Positions 50,609 to 60,174 of a DNA stretch of 64,000 nt are shown piece after piece; the stretch's first letter is position 1, and every line of letters starts with the position of its first letter. Made by a program: the position numbers and the translations under genes. Location: NCBI GenBank assembly GCA_045535075.1, contig JAZSKX010000014.1, forward strand, positions 32,001 to 96,000, written 5' to 3'. Origin of the DNA: Candidatus Spyradenecus sp. GTDB taxonomy: Bacteria > Verrucomicrobiota > Verrucomicrobiia > Opitutales > UBA953. Under the pieces are notes generated by a model. That model did no database searches. It was not told where the DNA came from and saw only the letters and a program-made list of their open reading frames with translations.

Positions 50609-51910
50609 TTATTCTCCCAAAAATTCTGACGGCATATCCGTGTGGTTGAGGCGCACGATGTCGACTCCGAGTTGAGCGAGTTGAACTTCAAATTTTTCGT
50701 AACCGCGGTCGAGGTGATAAATTCGCTGGACCCAGGTTTCTCCCTCAGCGGCAAGCCCGGCAAGGACAAGCGCTGCCGACGCACGTAAATCTGATGCCAT
50801 CACCGGAGCACCTGAAAGCGCGGGAACGCCTTTGATAATTGCACTCGGACCTTCGATTGCGATGTCTGCGCCCATGCGCAGGAGCTCGGGAACATGCATA
50901 AAGCGATTCGGATAAATGCGTTCCGTAATGATGCTGAGGCCGGAAGTCAACGCAAGTACGGCGGAAAATTGTGCCTGCAAATCCGTCGGAAAGCCCGGAT
51001 GCGGAAGTGTAACGATGTCAATCGGCCGCAGTTTTTTTATTAAATCGCCTCGTACTCGAATCGTATCCTGCGAGAGAACATCAAACGGAATTCCCGCTTC
51101 ATCCATTTTGTCCAAAAACGCTCCGAGGTGTGCGGAAACGGCACCATGAACGGTAACATCGCCGCGCGTAATTGCTCCGCAAAGCAGATGAGTTCCCGCT
51201 TCAATGCGGTCCGGAATTACGGAATATTCACAGCCGTGAAGTTTTTTTACGCCCTCAATTTCAAGCATCGGGGACCCGATTCCCGAAATTTTCGCTCCCA
51301 TTTTAACGAGCATGCGGCAGAGATCCTGCACTTCGGGCTCACAGGCGGCACAATCAATCCGAGTAACTCCCGGCGCAAGAACCGCCGCCATCAGGATGTT
51401 TGCCGTTCCCGTGACCGTGCTTCCGTAGCGCCCGCCGAGAAAAACGTAATCGCCGCGCAGTTTTGAAGCGTCGATGCGCATCATTCCCGCATGGTTTTCA
51501 ATTTCACAACCGAGTTTTTTTAGCCCTTTAATATGTAAGTCAATAGGACGTTGCCCGATGACGCAGCCGCCCGGAAGCGGAATTTCCGCATGCCGGAGGC
51601 GTCCGACAAGCGCACCCATTACGCATATGGAAGCGCGCATTTTCCGGACGAGTTCGTAGGGCGTTTTAGCCTGAATCGTTCCCGCGCAAACGCGCCACGC
51701 GTTCCCGCCGAGAGGCTCGACCGTCGCGCCCTGATGGCGCAGAATTTCAATCATGAACCGAGAATCGCTCAGCTCCGGGACATTACGTAAAATACAGGCT
51801 TCGTCCGTTAAAAGCGTTGCAGCGAGTAAAGGCAGGCAGGCGTTTTTTGCGCCGCCGACCGTAACTTCTCCGTGCAAGGCTTTCCCGCCTCTGATTCGTA
51901 AAACATCCAT
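50609..51910 (-). CDS. murA: UDP-N-acetylglucosamine 1-carboxyvinyltransferase
   Basis: GAKNACLP, MRASI, LPGGCVIGQRPIDLH, PGFPTDLQ, DLRASAAL, HLDRGYE; ATG 51910. Confidence 0.97.
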   Translation of the reverse strand: MDVLRIRGGKALHGEVTVGGAKNACLPLLAATLLTDEACILRNVPELSDSRFMIEILRHQGATVEPLGGNAWRVCAGTIQAKTPYELVRKMRASICVMGALVGRLRHAEIPLPGGCVIGQRPIDLHIKGLKKLGCEIENHAGMMRIDASKLRGDYVFLGGRYGSTVTGTANILMAAVLAPGVTRIDCAACEPEVQDLCRMLVKMGAKISGIGSPMLEIEGVKKLHGCEYSVIPDRIEAGTHLLCGAITRGDVTVHGAVSAHLGAFLDKMDEAGIPFDVLSQDTIRVRGDLIKKLRPIDIVTLPHPGFPTDLQAQFSAVLALTSGLSIITERIYPNRFMHVPELLRMGADIAIEGPSAIIKGVPALSGAPVMASDLRASAALVLAGLAAEGETWVQRIYHLDRGYEKFEVQLAQLGVDIVRLNHTDMPSEFLGE

Positions 51911-52071
51911 AAATAGACTAAGTCTGAAGATTGCACCCTTGTTCCGCGATTCAAAAAATGAATAAACACCCGCGTGTGCATAGTTTCCGGTTCCCGCGTT
52001 CAGAAAAATCAATATCTGAAAGAAATCAAAACATTGTGAAGTTTATTTAATTTTGTAATAATTTCAAAAAC

Positions 52072-52524
52072 ATGAAACAAAATATCTATAAAAATCATTC
52101 TCTTCCGGAAGGGCTTGTTCCCGCACTGCGTGTTGAACCGATGCCCAAAGATACAAATCAGAACGGAGATGTGTTCGGAGGCTGGGTTATGAGCCACGTT
52201 GATTTGGCGGGAGCAAGCACCGCGATGCGTTATGCTCAAAGTCGTTATATTGTTACGCGAGCCGTGAGTAGCCTGACGTTTGAGGCGCCTGTTATGGTCG
52301 GCGATGTTGTTTCGTTTTATGCCGATATCATTAAAATCGGTCGTACGTCCCTAACGGTAAAAGTCGTTGTCTATTCCGAGCGCCTTGCGAAACTTTGCAA
52401 TAGTGTGGAAAAAATCACCGAAGCGGAACTTGTTTTTGTCGCTTTGGACGAGCATAAAAATCCGATTGCTCTTGATGAGTCGCGAGCCCGATTCGCGGAA
52501 TCATGCCCGCTTTCGCCTCGATGA
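52072..52524 (+). CDS. Acyl-CoA thioesterase (YciA-like hotdog fold)
   Basis: MPKDTNQNGDVFGGWVMSHVDLAG, GRTSL.V.V. Confidence 0.88.
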   Translation: MKQNIYKNHSLPEGLVPALRVEPMPKDTNQNGDVFGGWVMSHVDLAGASTAMRYAQSRYIVTRAVSSLTFEAPVMVGDVVSFYADIIKIGRTSLTVKVVVYSERLAKLCNSVEKITEAELVFVALDEHKNPIALDESRARFAESCPLSPR

Positions 52525-52614
52525 GTGTTGCGGGAACGAATTCTTCTTGATGCTTGCAAGTGTTTCTACACAATAAAGCGGATTCTTCCTTCCGCTAACT
52601 CCGATTTCGTTACA

Positions 52615-53439
52615 ATGAAGCTTTCTATTTTCCTTCTTATGATTGCGGGAGCGTTTGTTTCCGCTTACGCGTCTGCTTCCGGCGATGATGAAATTGTCGT
52701 AAAGTGGGTGCGCGGCGAGTGGTTACTTTCTGCGGAGTCGGATGAGTCGCCCAAGGAAGCGTTTTTCAAGGCTCAAAACGAAGCGCGGCGCAAAGCGATT
52801 GCGGAAGTTTGCGGGGAAACCGTTGCTTCTTGGGAGACGCTGATGTCGCGCACGAACGAACAGATTTACAGCGGAGTTGTTGTTACCAACAGCGTCGGTA
52901 TTGTTCATCGCATGAAAGAGTTGCGCCGAGGCTGGATTTTCCCTCGGGCGGGTGAAGTCGACGCTCGCGATTATCCCGGCGTTTTTTTCGAGGCGGAAAT
53001 TGCCGTGAAGAAATCGACCCGGAGCCCGGATCCCGCGTTTACGGCTTTGATTGAAGGCGGGAAGAGCCGTTACAAACACAACGAGCAGGATATTTTTTCC
53101 GTGACGGTGGCTCAGGATGCATTCCTTACTGTTTTTTGGCTGAATCACGATTTTCAGGCGGACGTTGTTTTTCCCGCAAATCAGTGGGAAAGCAATCGAA
53201 TTCGAACCGGGAAAAAATCTCCGAATTTCCCGCTTGTTTTTCTTATCTCGTCCCCGCGAGCCAAAAAAGAAACGGGAACGCTCTTTTTCGTACTGACGAA
53301 AAAATATTATCCCTTTCTTAAGACTGATTCCAAGCAGCAAAGCCTTGAGGCAAATCGCGAGCGTATTGAACAATGGATGGCGTCCGTTCCCGTGGACGAG
53401 CGTTTTATCTACGCTGTTCCGTTTGTAATCGAACGATAA
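52615..53439 (+). CDS. Secreted hypothetical protein (possible DUF4384-like C-terminal domain)
   Basis: Signal peptide MKLSIFLLMIAGAFVSAYASA; C-terminal Y..NE..F.V...QDAFL.VF...VFP.N. Confidence 0.6.
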   Translation: MKLSIFLLMIAGAFVSAYASASGDDEIVVKWVRGEWLLSAESDESPKEAFFKAQNEARRKAIAEVCGETVASWETLMSRTNEQIYSGVVVTNSVGIVHRMKELRRGWIFPRAGEVDARDYPGVFFEAEIAVKKSTRSPDPAFTALIEGGKSRYKHNEQDIFSVTVAQDAFLTVFWLNHDFQADVVFPANQWESNRIRTGKKSPNFPLVFLISSPRAKKETGTLFFVLTKKYYPFLKTDSKQQSLEANRERIEQWMASVPVDERFIYAVPFVIER

Positions 53440-53458
53440 TTACAAAAAAATATTCTCT

Positions 53459-53494
53459 AAAAAAAGTCGCTTCCCGAACGAGAAGCGACTTTTT
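53459..53494. terminator. Bidirectional terminator (hypothetical / gmhA)
   Basis: AAAAAGTCGCTTC-CCGAACGA-GAAGCGACTTTTT. Confidence 0.8.
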
Positions 53495-53497
53495 AGT

Positions 53498-54109
53498 TTA
53501 AGCAAAGAAAATGTCCTCGAGTGCGAGGCAAATTGCGTGGTAAATCGGCAAGTGCATTTCCTGGATTTGAAAGGTTTCCGAATCCGGAACGCAGATGCAG
53601 ACCGATGCGAGAGTTTTGAGCTTTCCGCCGCTCTTTCCGGAAAGCCCGATTGTCGTTAGGCCTTTTGCTTTTGCGACTTCCATCGCGTGGCAAACGTTTT
53701 TGGAATTTCCCGAGGTCGATATGCCTAGGAGCGCATCATTGGCGTTCCCGAGCCCCCAAACTAACTGCGCGTAGCCGTAATACGGGTCGCAGTCGTTGAG
53801 CCATGCGGTATTGATTGCTCCGAGCGAGTGCAGGGAAATCGCCGGAAGTGCATCCTGAAGCTTGGACGCGAGCTCTTCGCCGAGGCGTTCCCGCGCATCG
53901 GATTTGAGCGGGCGTTTGGAGCAGAAGCCTTTCAGGAGTTCGCCTGCGATATGATCGGCATCTGCCGCACTCCCGCCGTTCCCGCAAAGCAAAAGCTTGC
54001 CGCCGGACTGATAGGTCGCCGCAAGTGCGTCAACCGCTTTTTGAATGTCGTTCCCGCAAGGAGCGAGAACCGGATAACGGGTGAGAAGCTTTTCGATTTG
54101 CGGATGCAT
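53498..54109 (-). CDS. gmhA: Phosphoheptose isomerase (SIS domain)
   Basis: CGNGGSAADADHIAGEL, ISTSGNSKNV, IQEMHL. Confidence 0.88.
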   Translation of the reverse strand: MHPQIEKLLTRYPVLAPCGNDIQKAVDALAATYQSGGKLLLCGNGGSAADADHIAGELLKGFCSKRPLKSDARERLGEELASKLQDALPAISLHSLGAINTAWLNDCDPYYGYAQLVWGLGNANDALLGISTSGNSKNVCHAMEVAKAKGLTTIGLSGKSGGKLKTLASVCICVPDSETFQIQEMHLPIYHAICLALEDIFFA

Positions 54110-54130
54110 GGTTTTTGCGGGGGAAGGGGA

Positions 54131-55519
54131 TTATTTGTAGGAGGCGTTGATTTTTTCGGAAACGTCCTTATAAGACGCATCTGCCATGTAGATTGCTTTG
54201 TACTCGGCAATGGCGTTTTCCTGTTTGCCGGCTTTTTCGTATGCCGTCGCCAATTCGTAGACGATGTCTTTTTTGATTTCGGACATGACTTTGATTTCGT
54301 CTTTGGCAACGGAAAGCTGGTCGGCAGCGAGGTCAAACTTGCCGCTTGCGATAAAGGCGCGTCCGAGATTGAGCATCGCGGCATGGCGATTTTTCGGCGC
54401 GCGTTGTGCGAGCTGAAGTTCGCGAATTGCGCCTTCGACGTTGCCGGATTCGAGCAATTTGATCCCGAATTCGTAACGATAATTGTAATCGTTCGGGTAT
54501 TTTTCGACGAGCGTCTGAATTGCCTGAAGCGTGTATTCCTCGAACGATTTGCGCAATTCTTCGAGGTAGTTTTTGTATTCTTCGTTTGACGGGTCTTCGG
54601 CAATAACAGCTTCGGCTTCCTTGATACGGCGTTCGTAGTTTTCCCGAGTGAGCTCGTGTTCCTGTTTTTCGAGCGTTGCGTCAACTTTCCCGTTGGTCGT
54701 TTCGCGGGCACGCTGAATGGCGAGAACCGCATTGTCGAGGTCGCCCATGATTTTATAATTGCGGGCAAGGTTGCGGTAGAGCTGGAGGTCTTCCGGATTC
54801 TTTTCGATGGCTTCGAGAAGCTTCGGAACTTCCTCTGCTGCAGAATCGGCATCGGAGACGACACGGCTTTTCTTTTCGAGTTCGAGAGCCTTTTCCGTAT
54901 TTGCCAGCTTTGAACGATAGTCCTTGCTTTCGTCCCATTGTCCGTTGTCCATCGTTTGTGCGACGGAGACTTGGCGGGCCAATTCCTGGAGATCCCCGTT
55001 ATTCGGATATTTTTTGAGCGCGCCGTCAACCGCCTTGAGCGCTCCCGCGACATCTTTGTCTTTCAGATATGCGGAGACGAGCAAAGAGTAGTTTTCCGTC
55101 TTAGGCTCAACGGCGACAATATCTTCGTACGCGAGCGCCACAACATCCCAAAGCCCGGCGGCTTCGGCGGCAAATGCGAGTTGTTTGTTGGCGTTAATAT
55201 CGTAGGGGTTGGCGTTAAGCTTTTTTTCCGCTTCAAGCATCGATTTTTGCGGATCTTTCGCGCAGGCGGCTTTGCTCGGAGCTCCGATGGCACCAAGCAG
55301 TTTCCCCAAGCCGCTCACGGGAACGGGGCGTTTGCCGGTGGCGACTTTCTGCGCGCGACGCAAAATACGACGAACTTCCGTGCACTCAGGGTGGCGGCGG
55401 AGAACGGCGGAGCAGGTTTCGACGGCAACTTTGGCATTACCTGTTTTGATGGCTTTTTCGGCGGCGTCCACTTGCGCCTGTTCGCGTTTGTCGATGCTGG
55501 AGAGGAGAACTTTTGGCAT
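54131..55519 (-). CDS. Tetratricopeptide-repeat protein
   Basis: Repeated helical TPR-like units (e.g. YRNLARNY..MGDLDNA, YELATAYEKAGK..NA..EY). Confidence 0.8.
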   Translation of the reverse strand: MPKVLLSSIDKREQAQVDAAEKAIKTGNAKVAVETCSAVLRRHPECTEVRRILRRAQKVATGKRPVPVSGLGKLLGAIGAPSKAACAKDPQKSMLEAEKKLNANPYDINANKQLAFAAEAAGLWDVVALAYEDIVAVEPKTENYSLLVSAYLKDKDVAGALKAVDGALKKYPNNGDLQELARQVSVAQTMDNGQWDESKDYRSKLANTEKALELEKKSRVVSDADSAAEEVPKLLEAIEKNPEDLQLYRNLARNYKIMGDLDNAVLAIQRARETTNGKVDATLEKQEHELTRENYERRIKEAEAVIAEDPSNEEYKNYLEELRKSFEEYTLQAIQTLVEKYPNDYNYRYEFGIKLLESGNVEGAIRELQLAQRAPKNRHAAMLNLGRAFIASGKFDLAADQLSVAKDEIKVMSEIKKDIVYELATAYEKAGKQENAIAEYKAIYMADASYKDVSEKINASYK

Positions 55520-55662
55520 TTTCCGATAGAATAGGGGGTGAATTAAATGAATGTGTTAGAACCAGTATGAAGCGCCCGACGGGAACGTCAAGCGTTCAAA
55601 CATGAGTGAGGCGATTCCTGAAATTAAAATTTACGAAAAGGCGGTTTGAATTTCGGGTTGAG

Positions 55663-57852
55663 CTACTGTTTGTGTGTTTGCGTCGTTTGATAAAGCTTCC
55701 ATTCGCTTGTGGCATCGCGTGCGGCAAATGCCGCATAAACGGCATTTCCCCAGTCGCCCATTTCGGCATAAACTTGAGAAATCGCTTGCCAGTAGGCGGA
55801 GGCATAAACGTCGCCGCTTCCGATGATGTTGCGATATGCGAGAATTAAAACGGGAAGATTTGCCGCACGAAGATCCAGATTCGAATTGAGGATGTTGAGT
55901 TGCATTTTTGCAATGTAGTCAACATTCGGATACGTTTGCATGATTTCTTCGCAAAACTTTCCGACGGCGGCGAAATCGTTGCGCGCATAAGCTGTTTCCG
56001 CGAGAATATTGGTTGCACGCATGTAGAGCGTCGGCTGCTCTTTCAACGTTTCGCGAAACGCTTTGATTTGCTCTTCGCTTTCGGGCGCTCCGGAGCTCGC
56101 ACTTTGCCGTATTTCGCGAAGGCGGTTTAATTTTCGGCGATAGTCCTTTTTCTCGCGGGAACGCCGTGCTTCCGCGTCCGAGTGATTGTAGTCCGGAAGC
56201 GCAGCTTCTTCAATTATCCACGCGGGAAGGTCTTGCGCGCTGCCTTGCCAGATGGCTTTTCCGTCGCGCAAAATTTGCGTTGTCGGCAGGTGTTGTGCGT
56301 CGATTTTGCTTCCGAAATCTTTAAGGAATCGTTCCTGCGAAATAACGCCTACGGGGAAATCCGTTGCGTAGGCGGGAGAATTTAAAACTTTTCGGGCTCT
56401 TCCGGGTTTATTTTCAATTGCGATTATGATGACGGGAACGCCCGTGTCGGCGAGCCATTCGTCGGGGCGGCGCATGAGAAAATCACGCGGTCCGGGGTGC
56501 GGAGTGTTCCAGAAGTTAAGGGCTACGATGCCGTTTGCGGGAAGCTCTTTCGGCGCGTTCCCGTGAATCCACTCGATTGAATCAAAAAATTTCAATATCT
56601 GCGCGCTTTCCGGTGTTTCGGATTTTTCGCTTGCAGGCGCAATTTTCGTTTTTCCCTCTGTGCTCAGGGGCTGTGAAAACTCGCGCGGAAGCGTTGCTTC
56701 GCCGTTTGCAAGCGCTGTGTAAATTTTCAAGGAATCGGAGTTCCCGGAGTCGTCTTTAAGTTTTTTCTCGATTTGATTTAGCCAATCGCACTCCGAACTC
56801 GAGAGCCAAGACGCTTCCCGGGCTTTTGCCTCGGCTTCTCTGTCGCCGCGCCTTTGATAAATATCGCCGAGCATGCGCAGTTGTTTGCGGTGGAGCGAAA
56901 TGAACGAGCGGATTTCGCGGGTAATTGCCGTCGAACGAATCAGGCATTCTTCGGCAAGAGCAAGGTCGAGTTCGTCGCTCGGAATGTCGTTGCTTGTCAA
57001 AATGAAATAGGCGACCGCGTGAAGATTTTCGGGGCTTTGCGGGAACGCGTCCGCTTTGCGGCGCAGGCAAGCGTTCATTTTCCGGTAGTCTTCGCGGGCG
57101 AGCGCATTAAGAGCCGGAAGTTCCAGCGCATTTTGTTTTATTGAGGACGGAATGCGTTTGTCATCCAAAATTCGGCTGAGTTCTTTTTCCGCGAGTTCCG
57201 TTTTGCCGCTTGCATAAAGCCCGGCGATTTTTTCGAGATGCACGCGGAATGTGCTCGGCTCTATCTTTTCGGGTTTCTTTGGTTGTGTTCCCGCGACAAA
57301 ATCCGGCGATGTCATTGACTCGACAAAATCCGCATTCAGTTTTGTCGGATGCCCGGCCCAAATGACGTTCCCGTTTTTGATGGCGATTGCGTGCGGAATT
57401 CCGATGACCTTTCGCGGACGCAACCAAAGATTTTCCGTGTTTCGTGATGTGTCCACTGCGATTGCGTAGCTCGGTTTCACGGTGCGCTTCGCGAGAAACT
57501 GCTTAAGCCGTTCCGGAGAAGAGGCGTCTTTTACATTTACGCCGACAATCTGCGCGTTGATGTTTTTTGCGGTAATTTGCTTGTGAATCGCGTCAATATG
57601 CGGAATTGCGGCAAGACACGGGCCGCACCAGGTTGCCCAAAATTCGAAGACATAAACCTTATCCTTTTCCCAGTGCGTCACGGGAACGCCTTGAATCCAG
57701 GTTGCGGGAATTCCTTTTTCGGGAAGTACGGAAATCGGTTCCAATTCCGCTTGTTTTCGGGGATTGTCGGCTTCCGTAGCATCGGAAGAAATCGCGGGAA
57801 CGGTCGCGATAAGCGGAAGCAGGGCGAGGGCAATCAGTTGGCGGAAAAGCAT
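55663..57852 (-). CDS. Exported TlpA/ResA-like redoxin with a helical region and a second, CxxC-less thioredoxin-like domain
   Basis: Signal peptide; WIQG...VFEFWATWCGPC...GIP...IW.GHP; repeated later as WIHG...LNFWNTP...LP...IWQG. Confidence 0.8.
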   Translation of the reverse strand: MLFRQLIALALLPLIATVPAISSDATEADNPRKQAELEPISVLPEKGIPATWIQGVPVTHWEKDKVYVFEFWATWCGPCLAAIPHIDAIHKQITAKNINAQIVGVNVKDASSPERLKQFLAKRTVKPSYAIAVDTSRNTENLWLRPRKVIGIPHAIAIKNGNVIWAGHPTKLNADFVESMTSPDFVAGTQPKKPEKIEPSTFRVHLEKIAGLYASGKTELAEKELSRILDDKRIPSSIKQNALELPALNALAREDYRKMNACLRRKADAFPQSPENLHAVAYFILTSNDIPSDELDLALAEECLIRSTAITREIRSFISLHRKQLRMLGDIYQRRGDREAEAKAREASWLSSSECDWLNQIEKKLKDDSGNSDSLKIYTALANGEATLPREFSQPLSTEGKTKIAPASEKSETPESAQILKFFDSIEWIHGNAPKELPANGIVALNFWNTPHPGPRDFLMRRPDEWLADTGVPVIIIAIENKPGRARKVLNSPAYATDFPVGVISQERFLKDFGSKIDAQHLPTTQILRDGKAIWQGSAQDLPAWIIEEAALPDYNHSDAEARRSREKKDYRRKLNRLREIRQSASSGAPESEEQIKAFRETLKEQPTLYMRATNILAETAYARNDFAAVGKFCEEIMQTYPNVDYIAKMQLNILNSNLDLRAANLPVLILAYRNIIGSGDVYASAYWQAISQVYAEMGDWGNAVYAAFAARDATSEWKLYQTTQTHKQ

Positions 57853-57880
57853 ATTGAGGAGAGAAATTTTGAGATAAAAG

Positions 57881-57915
57881 AAAAATTCCCTCCGCCGAGA
57901 TGCGGGAGGGAATTT
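57881..57915 (-). terminator. Terminator downstream of the FKBP gene
   Basis: AAATTCCCTCCGC...GCGGGAGGGAATTT with a U tract on the - strand. Confidence 0.7.
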
Positions 57916-57932
57916 CTGTGTGAGAAAACGCG

Positions 57933-58787
57933 TTAGGCGCCTTCTTCTTCCGGTGCTTCCTGTTCGGGGGCTTTGTCTGAAATATCGACCAGCTCGACAT
58001 CGAAAACAAGCGTCGAACCCGGCGGCAATTGCCCTGGTTGGTCGCCGTAAGCTTGGTCGGACGGGATGACGAGCGTTGCTTTTGCGCCTTTCCCGAGTTG
58101 TTGGAATGCTTCAATCCAACCCGGGATAAGTCCTTCAAGCGGGAAGGGGAATTTCGCCGGTTCGCTGTCGGCTGTAAATTGTTTCGGTTCGCCGGTTTCC
58201 GGATCGCGAAGCGAGCTGTCGAAAATCGTGCCGTCAACAAGCTTTCCGGTATAACGAACGGTGAGGAAACTTTCCGGCGTCGGCTTATTCTCTTTATCTC
58301 CGGGATTTTCGACTTTCATGAGAACGCCGGACTCAAGAACTTCAAACGCCTTGTCCTGCTTGCATTTTTCGATATAGGCGGCTCCGAGGGCTTTGTTCTT
58401 TTCTGCAATTTCCCCGATTTCAGCGATGGATGCGGCTTGTGCATTCGCGCTGATTTTGCTCATGAGACCTTGCATGAACATCGTGAATTCGGCTTCATTC
58501 GCGCGAACGTCGGGTTCCATGTCCTTGAATTTTCCTTGGATTCCGAGCTTGAAGCCTTCGAGAAGCGAAGCGCTTTCTTCCGGCGTAAATTCGGCAAACT
58601 CGAGTCCGTTTTGTGCGGCGAAATAGCAGCCCGCAATTTTCAGAAAAAGCGCTTTCTTTTCTGCGGAAAGCTCGGGCGCTTGTTGTGCGAGGGCTTCCGG
58701 CGCGGGAGTGGCAGTGTCTGCTTCTGCGGCTCCGAGGAACGGAGCGACGGCAAGGGCTCCGATGAGGGGGAGAATTTTTTTAATCAT
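57933..58787 (-). CDS. FKBP-type peptidyl-prolyl isomerase (FkpA/Mip-like, exported)
   Basis: Signal peptide; VRYTGKLVDGTIFDSS, LIPGWIE, LVIPSDQAYG, PPGSTLVFDVELV. Confidence 0.92.
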   Translation of the reverse strand: MIKKILPLIGALAVAPFLGAAEADTATPAPEALAQQAPELSAEKKALFLKIAGCYFAAQNGLEFAEFTPEESASLLEGFKLGIQGKFKDMEPDVRANEAEFTMFMQGLMSKISANAQAASIAEIGEIAEKNKALGAAYIEKCKQDKAFEVLESGVLMKVENPGDKENKPTPESFLTVRYTGKLVDGTIFDSSLRDPETGEPKQFTADSEPAKFPFPLEGLIPGWIEAFQQLGKGAKATLVIPSDQAYGDQPGQLPPGSTLVFDVELVDISDKAPEQEAPEEEGA

Positions 58788-58817
58788 AATCTTTTAATGT
58801 AATAAAATCGGGTAATT

Positions 58818-59498
58818 TCAAAAGCTTTTCGTTTTTTGTGCGGGCTGTCCACGCTTTAATTTTTCCCCGGAAGGCTTCTCGCCGTTGAGCGTGCGGCAAA
58901 TTTCGCAACTGTGGCCGTCGCAACCGCGCGCCGTGCAGTGTTCCCGCCCGTAGAAGATGATTCGGAGGTGAAGCTTGTTCCAGTTTTCCCGGGGAAAAAC
59001 TTCTTTTAAATCCTTTTCCGTTTGAACGACATTTTTCCCTTCGGAAAGTTTCCAGCGCGCCGCTAGGCGGTGAATATGCGTGTCCACCGGAAACGCGGGA
59101 ACGCCGAACGCTTGAGACATCACGACCGAAGCCGTTTTGTGCCCGACGCCGTCCAGCGACTCCAGCGCTTCAAATGTCGCGGGAACGCGTCCGGCAAAGC
59201 GCTCGGCGATCGTCTTCGAAAGATTTTTAATGGCCTCGGATTTTCGCGGAGCCAAGCCGCACGGACGGATGACGGATTCGATACGCTCCCGCGGAAGCCG
59301 AGCCATCTTTTCCGGCGTGTCGGCAAGCGCAAAAAGTTCCGGCGTTACTTCGTTTACACGCTTGTCCGTGCACTGGGCTGAAAGAACGACGGCGACGAGC
59401 AAGGTGAACGGATCTTTGTGTTTTAGCGGAATCGGCGTCTCCGGATAAAGGCGTTCCAACACGGATTCGATGAATCGGGCTCGTTCGAATTTGTTCAT
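58818..59498 (-). CDS. nth: Endonuclease III
   Basis: LLVAVVLSAQCTDKRVN, HhH LDGVGHKTA, FPVDTHIHR; C-terminal Cys cluster; ATG 59498. Confidence 0.94.
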   Translation of the reverse strand: MNKFERARFIESVLERLYPETPIPLKHKDPFTLLVAVVLSAQCTDKRVNEVTPELFALADTPEKMARLPRERIESVIRPCGLAPRKSEAIKNLSKTIAERFAGRVPATFEALESLDGVGHKTASVVMSQAFGVPAFPVDTHIHRLAARWKLSEGKNVVQTEKDLKEVFPRENWNKLHLRIIFYGREHCTARGCDGHSCEICRTLNGEKPSGEKLKRGQPAQKTKSF

Positions 59499-59604
59499 AA
59501 AGGCAATTCTTTCAGCGATGAAAAAACAAATTTTTGTTTTTTTATTTTTTACGGGCAATCCATTTTGCTCGCGGGAACGCCGAAATTTGTAATTATCGTT
59601 AATT

Positions 59605-60174
59605 ATGAAAACTCAATCTCACGGGAACGACACGACTACGCCGGCGGCGCTTTTCCTTGATCGCGACGGAACGCTCATTTTCGATAAAGACTATTTGCAC
59701 GAACCGGAAAAGGTAGAACTGATTCCCGGTGTTCGCGATGCCGTTCATCGTGCGCTTGAGTCCGGATGTAAGTTGTTTTTACTTACGAATCAGAGCGGAA
59801 TCGGACGCGGATTTTTTTCGATGGCGGATTATGAAAAATGCCATGCCCGCTTTCTTGAATTGCTCGGAATTCCCGCGTCTGCGTTCAGCGCGTGCGGTAT
59901 TGCCCCGGAAGCCCCGGATCAACCGTCAAAATACCGAAAACCCAAGCCCGATTTTATTCTCGAACAACTTGCCGCGTTCCCGGACCTGAACCCGCAATGC
60001 TGTTGGATGATCGGCGACAGAAAATCCGATTGGCAATGCGGCTTAAACGCGGGAATTCGCTCTGCGGCAGTTGCCACGGGAAAGCCGATTGATGACGCAG
60101 CGCGCGCGTGGCTTGCGGAAAACGCCGTTCCGCTTTACGACGACTTCCCGGGTTTTGTCGGCGCGCGATTTTAG
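59605..60174 (+). CDS. gmhB: D-glycero-D-manno-heptose 1,7-bisphosphate phosphatase (HAD-IIIA)
   Basis: FLDRDGTL, TNQSGIGRG, RKPKP, MIGDR.SD. Confidence 0.85.
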   Translation: MKTQSHGNDTTTPAALFLDRDGTLIFDKDYLHEPEKVELIPGVRDAVHRALESGCKLFLLTNQSGIGRGFFSMADYEKCHARFLELLGIPASAFSACGIAPEAPDQPSKYRKPKPDFILEQLAAFPDLNPQCCWMIGDRKSDWQCGLNAGIRSAAVATGKPIDDAARAWLAENAVPLYDDFPGFVGARF

